A stretch of 64,000 bases of DNA, taken from contig JAOAIH010000001.1 in NCBI GenBank assembly GCA_026414805.1, forward strand, positions 51,335-115,334, written 5' to 3'. The position numbers and the translations under genes are program-made. The DNA comes from Spirochaetota bacterium (lineage in GTDB: Bacteria > Spirochaetota > UBA4802 > UB4802). Every line of letters begins with the position of its first letter. Within the stretch, counting starts at the first letter, position 1. This document shows positions 31,051 to 41,538 of the stretch, one piece after another. Below the pieces are notes generated by a model. That model saw nothing but the letters and a program-made list of their open reading frames with translations. It was not told where the DNA came from and did not search any database.

Positions 31051-31734
31051 TTACTTTTTATACATTATAAAAAGATAATTAAATCCTCTTAAGAAGAAAT
31101 TACCTTCTTGGGCAGCTTTGTGGTACTTGCCCATCTGCAATGTTTTGTTATGGCGCACTACTGCAATAATATCAATGGCAGAAAAATATTTAAGCAGTAG
31201 TAAAAACAGATGGAAACCAATGGGAACAAACCCGTCTTTTTTATTAAAGTAATCGCACACATACAATCCCATATACCGCTTTGGTTTTAATATTCTATGA
31301 ATCTCCTTAATTACTTCCTCCATGGCTATGAAATAATCTTGTTCTGTGGCCTTTAATTTGCCTATACATAATGCTTCATTGGAGTAGGTGATGTTGTCGC
31401 CGTAGGGAGGGTCAATAAAGACAAAGTCTGCTTTGTTATTTTCAAGGGGCAATTTCCGTGCATCTGCTTTTATTATATCTTTTCGGTAGGGATGAATATC
31501 ATAGCCCAGACATTTTCTGCCAATATCTTTGCAGACGTCAATGGTGGTGCCGCTGCCACACATAGGATCGACTACAAGATCGCCTTTATTGGTATAGCGC
31601 ATAAGTAAATTCCAGATAACATATGATGGTGTAGCGCCAGGGTAGTTCTGATCCCCCTGCTGTGTATTACCATAATGCTGTGAAGGGTAATTCCATAGCG
31701 TTGTGGTTTGAATAGATAAAGGTGGCTTGAGCAT
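31051..31734 (-). CDS. small DPPY-motif amino-methyltransferase (N6/N4 DNA MTase-like; motif I precedes motif IV)
   Basis: YPGATPSYVIWNLL...GDLVVDPMCGSGTT resembles the motif-I half of N6_N4 methylases. FIDPPYG (motif IV) lies 40 aa downstream. 227 aa. Confidence 0.55.
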   Translation of the reverse strand: MLKPPLSIQTTTLWNYPSQHYGNTQQGDQNYPGATPSYVIWNLLMRYTNKGDLVVDPMCGSGTTIDVCKDIGRKCLGYDIHPYRKDIIKADARKLPLENNKADFVFIDPPYGDNITYSNEALCIGKLKATEQDYFIAMEEVIKEIHRILKPKRYMGLYVCDYFNKKDGFVPIGFHLFLLLLKYFSAIDIIAVVRHNKTLQMGKYHKAAQEGNFFLRGFNYLFIMYKK

Positions 31735-31864
31735 ATTTTTACATCCTAATAAAAAAAAGTTTATTTTAATATATCAAAAATTTTTCTCAATTTCAGATAT
31801 ATCATAAAATGAGAAGAAAATAAATAATATTTATGTTATAGCACTTAAAAAATAGGTATAAATT

Positions 31865-32428
31865 ATGGAATACTTTGGAGGAGATATGGGTAACAGAAGT
31901 TCAGATTGTATTGCACAATGTTATGTTCTATACGGAAGTTATGTTCGAAGTATCATTAAAAGGTTTTACACAGATAAAGACGATATTGAGGATATTTTTC
32001 ATGATGTTTTTCTTAAATTGCTTAACGTTGGGTTTTCCGCAGATCCACATTCATATAAAACCAAAAACTATATTGGGAAGGCAACACGACATTGTTGCAT
32101 TTCACATATGCGTAAAAAGATTGCACGCCAAAAGAATTGCAAAGAAGTCTATACAAGTACTCTATGTGATAGTGATATAGTTGTTGATATATGCAACAAA
32201 AATATTGAAGACACAATAATTGAGGGGATGGTTGTCAGTACTCTTTACGATGTTATACATGAGCTTGAATATCATGAGCAAAATCTGGTGTTTGACAAAT
32301 ATTTTCACAATAAAAAATATGTACAGCTTGCTGCAGAGCAGGGAGTTCCATATTATAGCGTTAAAAGGAAGATTAAAGAAATTAATATTAAAATAAAACA
32401 AAAGTTAATGAATAAAGGTATTGTATAA
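31865..32428 (+). CDS. sigma-70 family (ECF-like) RNA polymerase sigma factor
   Basis: Region-2-like EDIFHDVFLKLL, and a region-4 HTH-like KKYVQLAAEQGVPYYSVKRKIKEI. 187 aa. Confidence 0.5.
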   Translation: MEYFGGDMGNRSSDCIAQCYVLYGSYVRSIIKRFYTDKDDIEDIFHDVFLKLLNVGFSADPHSYKTKNYIGKATRHCCISHMRKKIARQKNCKEVYTSTLCDSDIVVDICNKNIEDTIIEGMVVSTLYDVIHELEYHEQNLVFDKYFHNKKYVQLAAEQGVPYYSVKRKIKEINIKIKQKLMNKGIV

Positions 32429-32471
32429 TAATAAAGGCGATAGCTATTGTAGTATTTAGCTTGAAATTTAT

Positions 32472-32530
32472 CGATATCTATTGTACAAGTAGCTTGTTTT
32501 TACTAGCAAACAATACAACAATAGATATCG
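32472..32530 (+). promoter_or_regulatory. 13-bp perfect inverted repeat (CGATATCTATTGT / ACAATAGATATCG) with nested TTGTTT/AAACAA stem, abutting the ribosome-binding site of the downstream 7TM-PP2C gene
   Basis: Arms at 32472-32484 and 32518-32530. The right arm ends at the G of GGAAGG (the ribosome-binding site), 8 nt before the TTG start at 32543. No U-run follows. Confidence 0.35.
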
Positions 32531-32542
32531 GAAGGTTTAACT

Positions 32543-34699
32543 TTGAAATATATTGTTACCCTGATATGTAGTTTCACAATTGTGTATGCGTTTTATGTGG
32601 TACTGGTTAATGTACTGAAACGGTTTTCCTATGCAGTAAACAGGTTATTTTCATTTATAGCTTTGCTTACTGCAGGGATGATCTTATGTTTACTTATACC
32701 TATTTATGTACCAGGTATTGATGTTACAGTAGTAACACGCTTATATTTTGCACTCATTATAATTATTAATCAATCCTTCTTCCATTATACACAGATATTC
32801 CCACGCTGGGAAAAAAGGAGCCCTTTACTCGTTATTATACTATCAGCAATTCCTGGCATTATTACTTTTCTAGTTACTATAGCAACCAATGGAATTATTC
32901 TTTCTGCTTCTTTGGTTGATGTTCATCTACAGTTTACCTATGGTCAATTTGTACTACTGTACCTGATTGTGTTTGTTCTTTATATATTGGGCACTTTCTT
33001 AACCCTATTCTACAAAGTGCGCCGGTTGGAAAATACCTCATTCAGATATCAGCTTTTTTATGTGTTTATGGGAAATCATGTAGGTGCGTTAATTATACTT
33101 GTGTCGTTTATTATTATGCCCTATGTTTTTCACCGCTATGAATATCACAGTTTGGGGATTTCTTCAGCAGCGTTGCTATTGTTATATATCAATAATTATG
33201 CTATATCTGATGAGCGGTATCTCAACTTTAAAGAGTTTTATCTTAAAATATTTTTTTATGCAATTGTATTGTTGTTCACTGTTTTTCCAACCTACTTGAT
33301 TCTTATCAATAGTTACCGTTATTTTTTGGCAGGGGGACAGATACCTGCAGTTGCTGTTGCATTTTTAAATTTTATATATTTAATATTTTTTACCAGGGTT
33401 GTACAACCGTACTTAGAAAAATTTATTAAACAAGAATATGCCCATTTAGAAAAACGTTTTAACGATTTTATTCAGGCATTATCGCAAACTGAAGAATTTG
33501 AAGGCGATCCAACCTACTGGGACAGGTTCTTTACAACTACTATGGAATCGCTTGAATATTTATTTAATGTTGTTTTTGCAAGCTTTTTAATGTACAATGA
33601 ATCAGAAAAAGCATATATATTAAGCCACACTGTAGGTCAACAGCCTCAATTGAAGAGGATATCCTTGGATGATTCATTAGTTCAATTATGCCAGACTGTT
33701 AAAACAACCATACATAAATCATTGTTCTATACTGATGCAATGATAAGACCATTTGATGATGTACTTACATTGATAAAAAATAATTCAATTGAAGTTATTC
33801 TTCCATGTTTTGACCAGTCAGGCAAGCTTATTGGGATTCTTTTTTTAGGGCCTCATAGAAAGGGGCGGCCATATACGTTTAATGAAATTGAGTTTATGGA
33901 ATTGTACCGCGTGAAATTTAATAATGCACTCATTAATTCACTTCAGATTGAAGAGGTAAAGGTAAAACAGATAGGTGAACATGATAATTTAGTAGTAAGT
34001 GCCATAAAAAATTCAATTATACCAAGACAGTTGCCCTCTATTGAACATATACGAATGAGTTCGTTGTTTATGAACAATTCAAATTTAGGGGGTGAATTCT
34101 TTAGTGCAAAAGTTTTACATAAGAATGCGCTTGCTTTTTTAATTTCGGATTGCTCATACAGTGGAGTAGATGCTGCGGTACTGGCATTGGAGCTTTATGC
34201 TGCTTTTGAATCATTATCCTCAACCTATGATACACCAGAAAAAATAATGCAGTTATTAAACTGGGTAGTATGTACATCAAAATTTACTGAACGATATGCG
34301 ACAACTTTTTGTTTTACCTTTAACTCTGAGACGTTATCATTAAAGTATATCAATGCTGCATTTAATCCTCTGATAATGTATGAAATTAATAATGACAGTT
34401 TTGTAGAATTAGATACAAAAGGTATACCAATAGGAATTGAAAAAGAATTTATTTATGAGTCAAAAGAATATATTGTTAAAGGACCATGTGTTGGATGTAT
34501 TTACTCTAATGGAATCACTGGTGCTGTGAATCAGATGGGGCAGCCATATGCTGTTGGAAGAATTAAAGATTTGATAAGGCTCCATAATAACGAAAGCCCT
34601 GCTCTTTTAATCCGTCGTATCACTGCAGATATAGAGACATACACAAGTAATACAGCAGTTAAAGAAGATATAAGTATTATTATTTTTAGAATTGATTGA
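32543..34699 (+). CDS. multi-pass membrane sensor with C-terminal PP2C/SpoIIE-type phosphatase domain
   Basis: ~9 N-terminal TM helices. C-terminus has LISDCSYSGVDAAVLALE (Asp-rich metal site like DvsGHGxxAA) and LIMYEINNDSFVELDTKGIPIGI. 718 aa. Confidence 0.6.
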   Translation: MKYIVTLICSFTIVYAFYVVLVNVLKRFSYAVNRLFSFIALLTAGMILCLLIPIYVPGIDVTVVTRLYFALIIIINQSFFHYTQIFPRWEKRSPLLVIILSAIPGIITFLVTIATNGIILSASLVDVHLQFTYGQFVLLYLIVFVLYILGTFLTLFYKVRRLENTSFRYQLFYVFMGNHVGALIILVSFIIMPYVFHRYEYHSLGISSAALLLLYINNYAISDERYLNFKEFYLKIFFYAIVLLFTVFPTYLILINSYRYFLAGGQIPAVAVAFLNFIYLIFFTRVVQPYLEKFIKQEYAHLEKRFNDFIQALSQTEEFEGDPTYWDRFFTTTMESLEYLFNVVFASFLMYNESEKAYILSHTVGQQPQLKRISLDDSLVQLCQTVKTTIHKSLFYTDAMIRPFDDVLTLIKNNSIEVILPCFDQSGKLIGILFLGPHRKGRPYTFNEIEFMELYRVKFNNALINSLQIEEVKVKQIGEHDNLVVSAIKNSIIPRQLPSIEHIRMSSLFMNNSNLGGEFFSAKVLHKNALAFLISDCSYSGVDAAVLALELYAAFESLSSTYDTPEKIMQLLNWVVCTSKFTERYATTFCFTFNSETLSLKYINAAFNPLIMYEINNDSFVELDTKGIPIGIEKEFIYESKEYIVKGPCVGCIYSNGITGAVNQMGQPYAVGRIKDLIRLHNNESPALLIRRITADIETYTSNTAVKEDISIIIFRID

Positions 34700-35838
34700 G
34701 GAAAAATTCCCTTTTTAATATATTTATGATGATGAATATTGATTTTGAAGGATTGGCAAAAAATATTATAGCACTATTGCAGGGACAGGAAAATGTTGCA
34801 ATTATAATCAAAGGCTCACCTGATCCGGATGCTATAGCTTCTTCATATTTTTTCTGGAAAATTTGTACCATAATGCATGTCAATGCTTCAATATTTTGTT
34901 TCATGCCTGCATCTTTACCATCTAATAGAGCTTTAATTTCAATGTTTAACATACCGGTGAAAATTGTTGCAAGTATAAATGAAATAAAATTGAAACGATA
35001 TTCGGGATATATAGTATGTGATTATCAAACAGCAAGGCTTGAAGATGAATTTTCTTCCACTCCCTGCATTATTCATCTAGATCATCACACTCCTGCAGAA
35101 CATGATGTTCCTGCAAGTATTAGAATTTTAACAGATGAAGTATCGTCAACCAGTACGCTTTGTGTGCTGTTAATGCAGCATATATCCTTTTTATCGATGG
35201 ACGATATTTCGGAGCTTTCTACTATATTGTATGTTGGCATAAAAACAGATTCAGATGGTTTTAGCCACATGAATGAATATGATACAGTGGCTATTGAATA
35301 TATAAAACCATATTGTGATATAGCATCAATTCAAAAAATTGAAAATACACCATTAACTCCTTATACAGTTGCCCTGCTACAAAAAGCAATGAATAATGCT
35401 GTCAATTATAAAGATTGGCTTATTGCAGGTGTTGGATTTGTTGAAGAAAAGTATCGAGATACTATCGCCATAATAGCTGATTATCTTTTGCAAAACAACG
35501 ATGTTGAGCTTGTTGTAGTATATGGAGCAGTCTACCATAATAACCACACTAAATTGGACATAGATGCATCATTTAGAACAAAAAATGAAGACTTTGATTT
35601 AAATGAGCTTATTAAAAATATTACTCCTGATGGGGGTGGACGTAAATATAAGGGAGCATTTCAGGTTCATATTGATTATTTTGTCCATTGTCCTGATCAG
35701 GATAAATTGTGGGAAGTGATAGAAATTACAACAAATGCTATTTTGCAGAATCAAAGAGACCATAGTTTTGCAATAGCTTTGCAGAGTAAATTTAAAAAAC
35801 TAAAAAATATATTAAAGCAGCTATTTGGCTTTAAATAA
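34696..35838 (+). CDS. DHH/DHHA1 phosphoesterase (NrnA-like nanoRNase / pAp phosphatase)
   Basis: DHH motifs GSPDPDAIAS and HLDHH, with a DHHA1-like GGGRKYKGAF. Its start overlaps the preceding stop. Confidence 0.7.
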   Translation: MRKNSLFNIFMMMNIDFEGLAKNIIALLQGQENVAIIIKGSPDPDAIASSYFFWKICTIMHVNASIFCFMPASLPSNRALISMFNIPVKIVASINEIKLKRYSGYIVCDYQTARLEDEFSSTPCIIHLDHHTPAEHDVPASIRILTDEVSSTSTLCVLLMQHISFLSMDDISELSTILYVGIKTDSDGFSHMNEYDTVAIEYIKPYCDIASIQKIENTPLTPYTVALLQKAMNNAVNYKDWLIAGVGFVEEKYRDTIAIIADYLLQNNDVELVVVYGAVYHNNHTKLDIDASFRTKNEDFDLNELIKNITPDGGGRKYKGAFQVHIDYFVHCPDQDKLWEVIEITTNAILQNQRDHSFAIALQSKFKKLKNILKQLFGFK

Positions 35839-35855
35839 AAATTAAAACCGGGGTT

Positions 35856-38800
35856 TTAAAATAACAAGCTAAACTGGAAACCCAGTTCGTATGATATGAT
35901 CTCACGGTTAATACCATTTGTTTCCCTATTTCTGAATCGTTCCAGAATCCCACGCGCTATGCATTGTCCTTGTACATTTTTATGCATGTTTATTGTCAGG
36001 CTGGATGAGATACTGTAGAGATCATAGGGTTCAGGTGAAGTAAAATAGGTATAGTTATACCGGTTTAGCGTCATAAGATATTCTAACCTGAATATAGGCA
36101 GCGCTGTCAATGTGTACCAGATACTGAAAAAATCATATATAAAAGGGACATCCGTTTCATATATAGTTGAAAACGTATACCCTTTATCAATGTTGGTATA
36201 TGGTGGTTGCATAGTCATATTATAGTAATAGATATCATCCTTTGCTGATCGCTTGTCTTCTTCAATTGGTATGAATTCATACCATTGCTGTGAGCGGTAG
36301 CTTATACCAAATTTTGTAGCTATGCTTGACCTATCCCACTTGAATGTTGTTCCAATACTTGGTGTGTGCTCATTTATCAGTATATTAGATGTGATTCGTA
36401 AATATTTATTAAACTGGTATTCAAATAGTGCTGTTGCTGAATGATATGGGAGGTTGGGCCTGTTTGGCCTGAAAAAGCCAAATGAAAATATCTTCATTAA
36501 ATCGCAAGACAATGATGAGACTAGTGTATAGGTTACTACCTGCTGGGATGGTGAGTTAACACCATTGCGGTCTGATACTGAGTGGAGGCTGCTATTTACA
36601 AAAATTATAAATGGAGATAGCTCCCAGCTGATTGCAAATGATACATTGTCTAAAAGCCTGAAGTAGTTATTGTATTCTGAAAATGTGGTCTGGTTAACTA
36701 CTGGTTGAGAAGATAACGTATATGTTACAAAATCACGCCCTCTGGCATAATTTGATCTTCCCTTAAAGAAATACCATGGAGGATATTGTAGTAAATTATA
36801 TATTGAATTGGCAGATGCATTGCAGTAACGACCAGCACCAAATTTTTCTTCATAAAAGTTGATGGATTCACCTTCATAAGGGACGTTAATTTCATTGAGT
36901 GTACTACTCCTGGTATAATTAATTGAACAATTTTTTATGCTGGGAAAGTATGATTGGAGATTGATGGGCAATGAAAGTGTATTGGATAAAAATCCTTGTG
37001 TGGATCGGGTACGTTTGAAACCGTAGTGTAGCCAGTTATCATAAGGCAGTAGGTCTTTAAATTGATTTTCAAAATACGAAAATTCATACGTTATTGTAGG
37101 GTTTATAAATTTATAGCGCTGCAGTCCCAAGGCAAGTGAGTATTTTTTTAACCGCTCAATGAACCGGATTGTGTCATTATAAAGAAAGGGGATATGGAAG
37201 CCAGAGCTTATCTCATTTGATAAAACTGGATTAATATCAGTAACTGTACCTGAGTAGGTAAGGAATTCTTCAGATACATGTTGAATTCTGGGAGAAATAA
37301 AAAAATGGGTGAATTGATAATTGATATTTATTGAACATGATTGGCGCTGTTTTTTTTGTGTATTGTATCCTGATGTTAATGATTGGCTGTATTCTTTAAA
37401 TATGTCTTCCTTAAATGAAGCATCCAGAAATATCCTGTACGATAAATCTCCCCCTACTATATCATGCAATGATTGTTGTAATCCTACTGTTGCTTGATGT
37501 GTTGTTTTACTTGTATCATTATCAAATGTATTAATGTCCTGATAATACGCCTGTCTGTTAGTGAAGTTTTCATAATTGTACAGTACATTAAGCTGTGGAA
37601 TAGCTGTATCTGGTGGTGACAGAGTTGATGAAAAGTGGAATTGTTGTATATTGGTTGTTCCCCGTTTTGTAGGGCTAACCTGTTCATTGAGACTATCAGT
37701 CCTTGATTGCTCCTGTATGTAATCAAATGATGTGTGCCAGTATGGAAGAACACTGCAAGTTAATGTTGCCTGATTGTAGTCTTCGGATATATCATTATAT
37801 GGCTGCCCTATCGTATAAAAATTATTTCCGTGTTTTTTCTTTACATATGATACGGTAATATCGGATAATACAGGTGTACCTGATTCAGTGCGGGTAATAG
37901 GTTTTGTTATTTTTACTGTACCTTCATACCATGATGCAGTGTCTTCAAGTGTCATAGGGTCACTGGTGTAAATATCATTAAGCCAGAATTCACCATTTGT
38001 GGGAGTGGTATTTTCAACTGAAACTGTGATGGCAGTTATCCGTTTGAGATCAGGTTCTCCTTCCTTTTTTTTAAACTGTACGTTTGTATTCTTGCATTGG
38101 AGTGATAATACAATATCTTCCCAGGTATGCAGCAGTTGAGGGGTGTAGGAATATTCCAGGTAATCACTGTCAGATGAATGTATACGAAATGTAAGAATAT
38201 CCCCTGGTGTAAAACTTCGCATGTTAATCCAGCTATGTATGTTGCGATAAAAACGCAAATCCATGGGTTTATGAAATTTTCGCTTGATAGTAGCTGAACT
38301 AATCGCACTATATGTTACTTTGAGAGCAGATTCCATAGTTTGGGTGAGTTCTTTTTTGGATTTATCGCCATAGAGACTTGTATACACGTCGCTTTTTATG
38401 CGCGCAAATGATTCCTGTGCATAGTCTGTATCATTAAATGAATCAATGAGTGTGAGTTTGACTTTATCTGTGTTACTGCCACTTATCCCATCAATGCTAT
38501 CAACCTGCCAGTGCATGGTAACAAAACGTATTGTATCAATAAGGATTGTACCTGAAGTTGCTGTTGCTTTGTGTAATATCAATCGAATTGAATATATTTT
38601 TTTCAATATATCATAAAACGCATCTGGATTTGTAGCATATAATGAGGGGTTGTTTTTATTCACATAGATACGGATGCTTTTCCATGAGGTATCTGCCAAA
38701 TTTACTGAGAGAGGAGATGGTAGCCCAGGGATTCGTATGTACTGTTCTCCAGTATCAAGCATACCGTTGTCATTTAAGTCTTCGGTATTGAGTACTCCAT

Positions 38801-41495
38801 CGCCAATGGTGGTGGATGATAAACCTGGGCCTGACCCTACTGTAGTTGGGAAAGATGGATTATTAAAAATATAACCTGTATCTTCGGATATATTCCGGTT
38901 AGTATCATAATCTAAGAATCCATTACGGTTGCTATCTTCACTGTCAAGGATCCCATCCCCGTCGCTATCTTCGTTTATACTGCCAATATCGCAATAAAGG
39001 TCAATGGTTCCTGTGCCACCAGTACTGCGATACCATATCTCTACATATTCAATTGTAGAAAGATCAACTGGTTTGGGCGATAATGTACGGGTAACAATGG
39101 AGATATACTCACCTGTGCTGAAGTCAAAATTTAACCCTAAAGACCGCTGGGATTGTTCTGTTTGTATGGATTCCGCTATATGCCCTGTGGCAACATTGTA
39201 CGGACCAGGCTTTTTTGAATAGGGAACATTAATAGGGGTAAAGTTTAATCCGTACAGTGTTTGGGGATTATTAATATCACGGTAGAATTTATAATAAATT
39301 CGCGCACGATCGTTCTGTGTAATACCGGCTGGCAATGAACCAAGTATCCAGTCTTTCTCGGACATTGACAGCGTAAGACCTGAATAGATTGATTCAAAAT
39401 CATCAATAAGGCCTTTGCCAAAAGTGTTGATGCTGTGATAGCTTTTTGCAAATTCTGCATACCCTTTGAACATTGCAGGCACTGATATATCAGAATTGGT
39501 TATGTTTGATGCTAAGGCTGATATATCATGAGGGCTGAACTCTACTGTGCTATCGGCTTCAATAACAGTTGTTTGCGTTGGTTCGTTCCCTAACAATGGA
39601 ACAGTGGATGCCATGCCCTGTGTGGTATACAGGATTGTACCACCTACATTAATGTTTTTGTTGAGAGCATAATCAGCACGCATGCCACCGATAAACTGCT
39701 GTGCCTGCCCTTCAAAGGGAAGATACTGGTAGCTTACTTCAATATCGGTTTCAGGTGTTATGACTGGATTGCCAGAATTGGTGAACTGGAAAAAACCTGA
39801 TGTAGGGTCAACGCTGTATAGACTTTCTGCAATCTGTATGCCATTAATTTTTACACGTACTGTGTCAGGGATTATGTTGACGTGTTTAAGCTGAAACCCA
39901 CGTGACTGGCTGTATCCTGCAATGCCAATTTTATACTGTGAAACTGTAAACGCCTGCTGATTTTGTGATTCAGTATAGATAATTTTTTGTGATTGTGCAG
40001 GCAATAGACCTTTAAAGGGTTCGCGCAGCTTAAAAGTGATAGTACCAGAATTATAATCCACATTAAAATTGCCTAATTTTTGTATATCAGATTGAGACAT
40101 TGGGAAAAGGTTATTGAAAAAAGATATTTTTACATCTTCAGCACGTATATTTTGTAAGCCTGTAGAGTATATCCCGCGAATTTCATAGATGTCTAAATTT
40201 AGTGTACCGTCATTATTAGTGTCCTCACCGGGATCAAGGGTACCATTAAAATTGACATCTTCGTGAATTGACGGGCCATATTTAATAAACACGCATATTT
40301 TGCCTGGAAATTGTGGGTGTGTAGTGATTGCAGAAGGGTCAGAGGTTTGAGTGCTTCCACCATTACGCGTATATACTGCAAATATTTTTGCTTGAGGTTT
40401 AAAAGATTTTAATAGGGCGATAGTACCTGTGGAAAAGTTTATGGTGTAATCAGAACCCTGTTGCAATCTTCTGAAATATCCCAAAATAATAGAAGGATCA
40501 TCCCATTTGCGAAGTTCCAGCAATCCACTTTTACTTTGTGTGATAGCTTCATCAGCATACAGTTCAAAACCAGAGCTATCGATACCCACAGGATACGGTG
40601 TGTAGGTAGAAGGGATAGCAGGTGTTGAAGTCCAGGTAATGGTTGTATAATAATTTGTTGGTGGAGTATCACTATTATCATAACGCTTGAAAGGTTCCAA
40701 CTGATAGTAGGTGGCTTTGGTATACTGGTATTCCTGCAATGTAATGCTTGCGCTTGAGAAGTTTCCCTTAAATCGTTCTATTTCGCTGACTCCCTTTGCA
40801 ACGGAGCCAAATGCTTTTAATTGCAAGTTACCCTTTTTAATAGTAAAATCAATTCCCATACCTTTTGATGAGGTATCATCGTATACGGCATATTTTGATT
40901 TGTTCACTTTAATGGTTATATCACCAGCATTGATTTCACGCAACACTTCATCATCTTCTACAGCTTTATATTGCATAATATAGGTGTTGGTACGCTGCTG
41001 GCTGTCATGGTCTATGTAAAGTGTGAGTCGTCGCCCTGCTTTCCCTTCGATATGCAACTGCATAGTCTGTTCGGGACTAAATCCTTGTTGAATTAATGTT
41101 GAAGTGGGTTTATCCTCATCAAATCGCTTATACTTATTGTTAGTAAAAAAAGATTTTCCATATTTAAGGTTAAGGTTCATTGATCCATAGGAGAGGATAT
41201 CATAAGGCTCTTCTTGTGATAAGGTTTCAGTGCCGGGAATGGTATATTTGTAATGAGGATCAATGATATATTTAGTCCAATCACCCTGATTATATTCAAA
41301 GGGTGATTGTGTGTCATCTCCAACTGCTGGCACTGTTTCAACAGGGACATCTGTTTTTTTTTCTATTACTTTGTATGTTGAAATGTATTCATCTATTAAT
41401 TGTCTAAAAGAGGAAGTTGGTTGTTGGGAAATGACTATGGCAGTTGCTGATGTCAGCAGTACACCAATAACGATGATATTGGATAGTGATTTCAT
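35856..41495 (-). CDS. giant (1879 aa) secreted outer-membrane beta-barrel-type protein with thrombospondin-type-3-like Ca-binding repeats; SprA/Sov-like (candidate T9SS translocon) at low confidence
   Basis: Signal peptide. Repeated DxDxDG/DxNxNG motifs (DSDGDGILDSEDSNRNGFLDYDTNRN, DLNDNGMLDTGE, DPGEDTNNDGTLNLD). The C-terminal residues ...FQFSLLF end in Phe, as outer-membrane beta-barrels do. The size is comparable to SprA. Confidence 0.6.
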   Translation of the reverse strand: MKSLSNIIVIGVLLTSATAIVISQQPTSSFRQLIDEYISTYKVIEKKTDVPVETVPAVGDDTQSPFEYNQGDWTKYIIDPHYKYTIPGTETLSQEEPYDILSYGSMNLNLKYGKSFFTNNKYKRFDEDKPTSTLIQQGFSPEQTMQLHIEGKAGRRLTLYIDHDSQQRTNTYIMQYKAVEDDEVLREINAGDITIKVNKSKYAVYDDTSSKGMGIDFTIKKGNLQLKAFGSVAKGVSEIERFKGNFSSASITLQEYQYTKATYYQLEPFKRYDNSDTPPTNYYTTITWTSTPAIPSTYTPYPVGIDSSGFELYADEAITQSKSGLLELRKWDDPSIILGYFRRLQQGSDYTINFSTGTIALLKSFKPQAKIFAVYTRNGGSTQTSDPSAITTHPQFPGKICVFIKYGPSIHEDVNFNGTLDPGEDTNNDGTLNLDIYEIRGIYSTGLQNIRAEDVKISFFNNLFPMSQSDIQKLGNFNVDYNSGTITFKLREPFKGLLPAQSQKIIYTESQNQQAFTVSQYKIGIAGYSQSRGFQLKHVNIIPDTVRVKINGIQIAESLYSVDPTSGFFQFTNSGNPVITPETDIEVSYQYLPFEGQAQQFIGGMRADYALNKNINVGGTILYTTQGMASTVPLLGNEPTQTTVIEADSTVEFSPHDISALASNITNSDISVPAMFKGYAEFAKSYHSINTFGKGLIDDFESIYSGLTLSMSEKDWILGSLPAGITQNDRARIYYKFYRDINNPQTLYGLNFTPINVPYSKKPGPYNVATGHIAESIQTEQSQRSLGLNFDFSTGEYISIVTRTLSPKPVDLSTIEYVEIWYRSTGGTGTIDLYCDIGSINEDSDGDGILDSEDSNRNGFLDYDTNRNISEDTGYIFNNPSFPTTVGSGPGLSSTTIGDGVLNTEDLNDNGMLDTGEQYIRIPGLPSPLSVNLADTSWKSIRIYVNKNNPSLYATNPDAFYDILKKIYSIRLILHKATATSGTILIDTIRFVTMHWQVDSIDGISGSNTDKVKLTLIDSFNDTDYAQESFARIKSDVYTSLYGDKSKKELTQTMESALKVTYSAISSATIKRKFHKPMDLRFYRNIHSWINMRSFTPGDILTFRIHSSDSDYLEYSYTPQLLHTWEDIVLSLQCKNTNVQFKKKEGEPDLKRITAITVSVENTTPTNGEFWLNDIYTSDPMTLEDTASWYEGTVKITKPITRTESGTPVLSDITVSYVKKKHGNNFYTIGQPYNDISEDYNQATLTCSVLPYWHTSFDYIQEQSRTDSLNEQVSPTKRGTTNIQQFHFSSTLSPPDTAIPQLNVLYNYENFTNRQAYYQDINTFDNDTSKTTHQATVGLQQSLHDIVGGDLSYRIFLDASFKEDIFKEYSQSLTSGYNTQKKQRQSCSININYQFTHFFISPRIQHVSEEFLTYSGTVTDINPVLSNEISSGFHIPFLYNDTIRFIERLKKYSLALGLQRYKFINPTITYEFSYFENQFKDLLPYDNWLHYGFKRTRSTQGFLSNTLSLPINLQSYFPSIKNCSINYTRSSTLNEINVPYEGESINFYEEKFGAGRYCNASANSIYNLLQYPPWYFFKGRSNYARGRDFVTYTLSSQPVVNQTTFSEYNNYFRLLDNVSFAISWELSPFIIFVNSSLHSVSDRNGVNSPSQQVVTYTLVSSLSCDLMKIFSFGFFRPNRPNLPYHSATALFEYQFNKYLRITSNILINEHTPSIGTTFKWDRSSIATKFGISYRSQQWYEFIPIEEDKRSAKDDIYYYNMTMQPPYTNIDKGYTFSTIYETDVPFIYDFFSIWYTLTALPIFRLEYLMTLNRYNYTYFTSPEPYDLYSISSSLTINMHKNVQGQCIARGILERFRNRETNGINREIISYELGFQFSLLF

Positions 41496-41538
41496 GTGTT
41501 ATAATAAAAAGCATGTATGGCACTGGGAAATAATACTA

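Noticed and set aside
35838-35856. AAAACCGGGGTTTT hairpin between convergent DHH gene and giant outer-membrane-protein gene as a terminator
   Set aside because: The stem is only 5-6 bp and A/T-dominated with a 2-4-nt loop, too weak to call.
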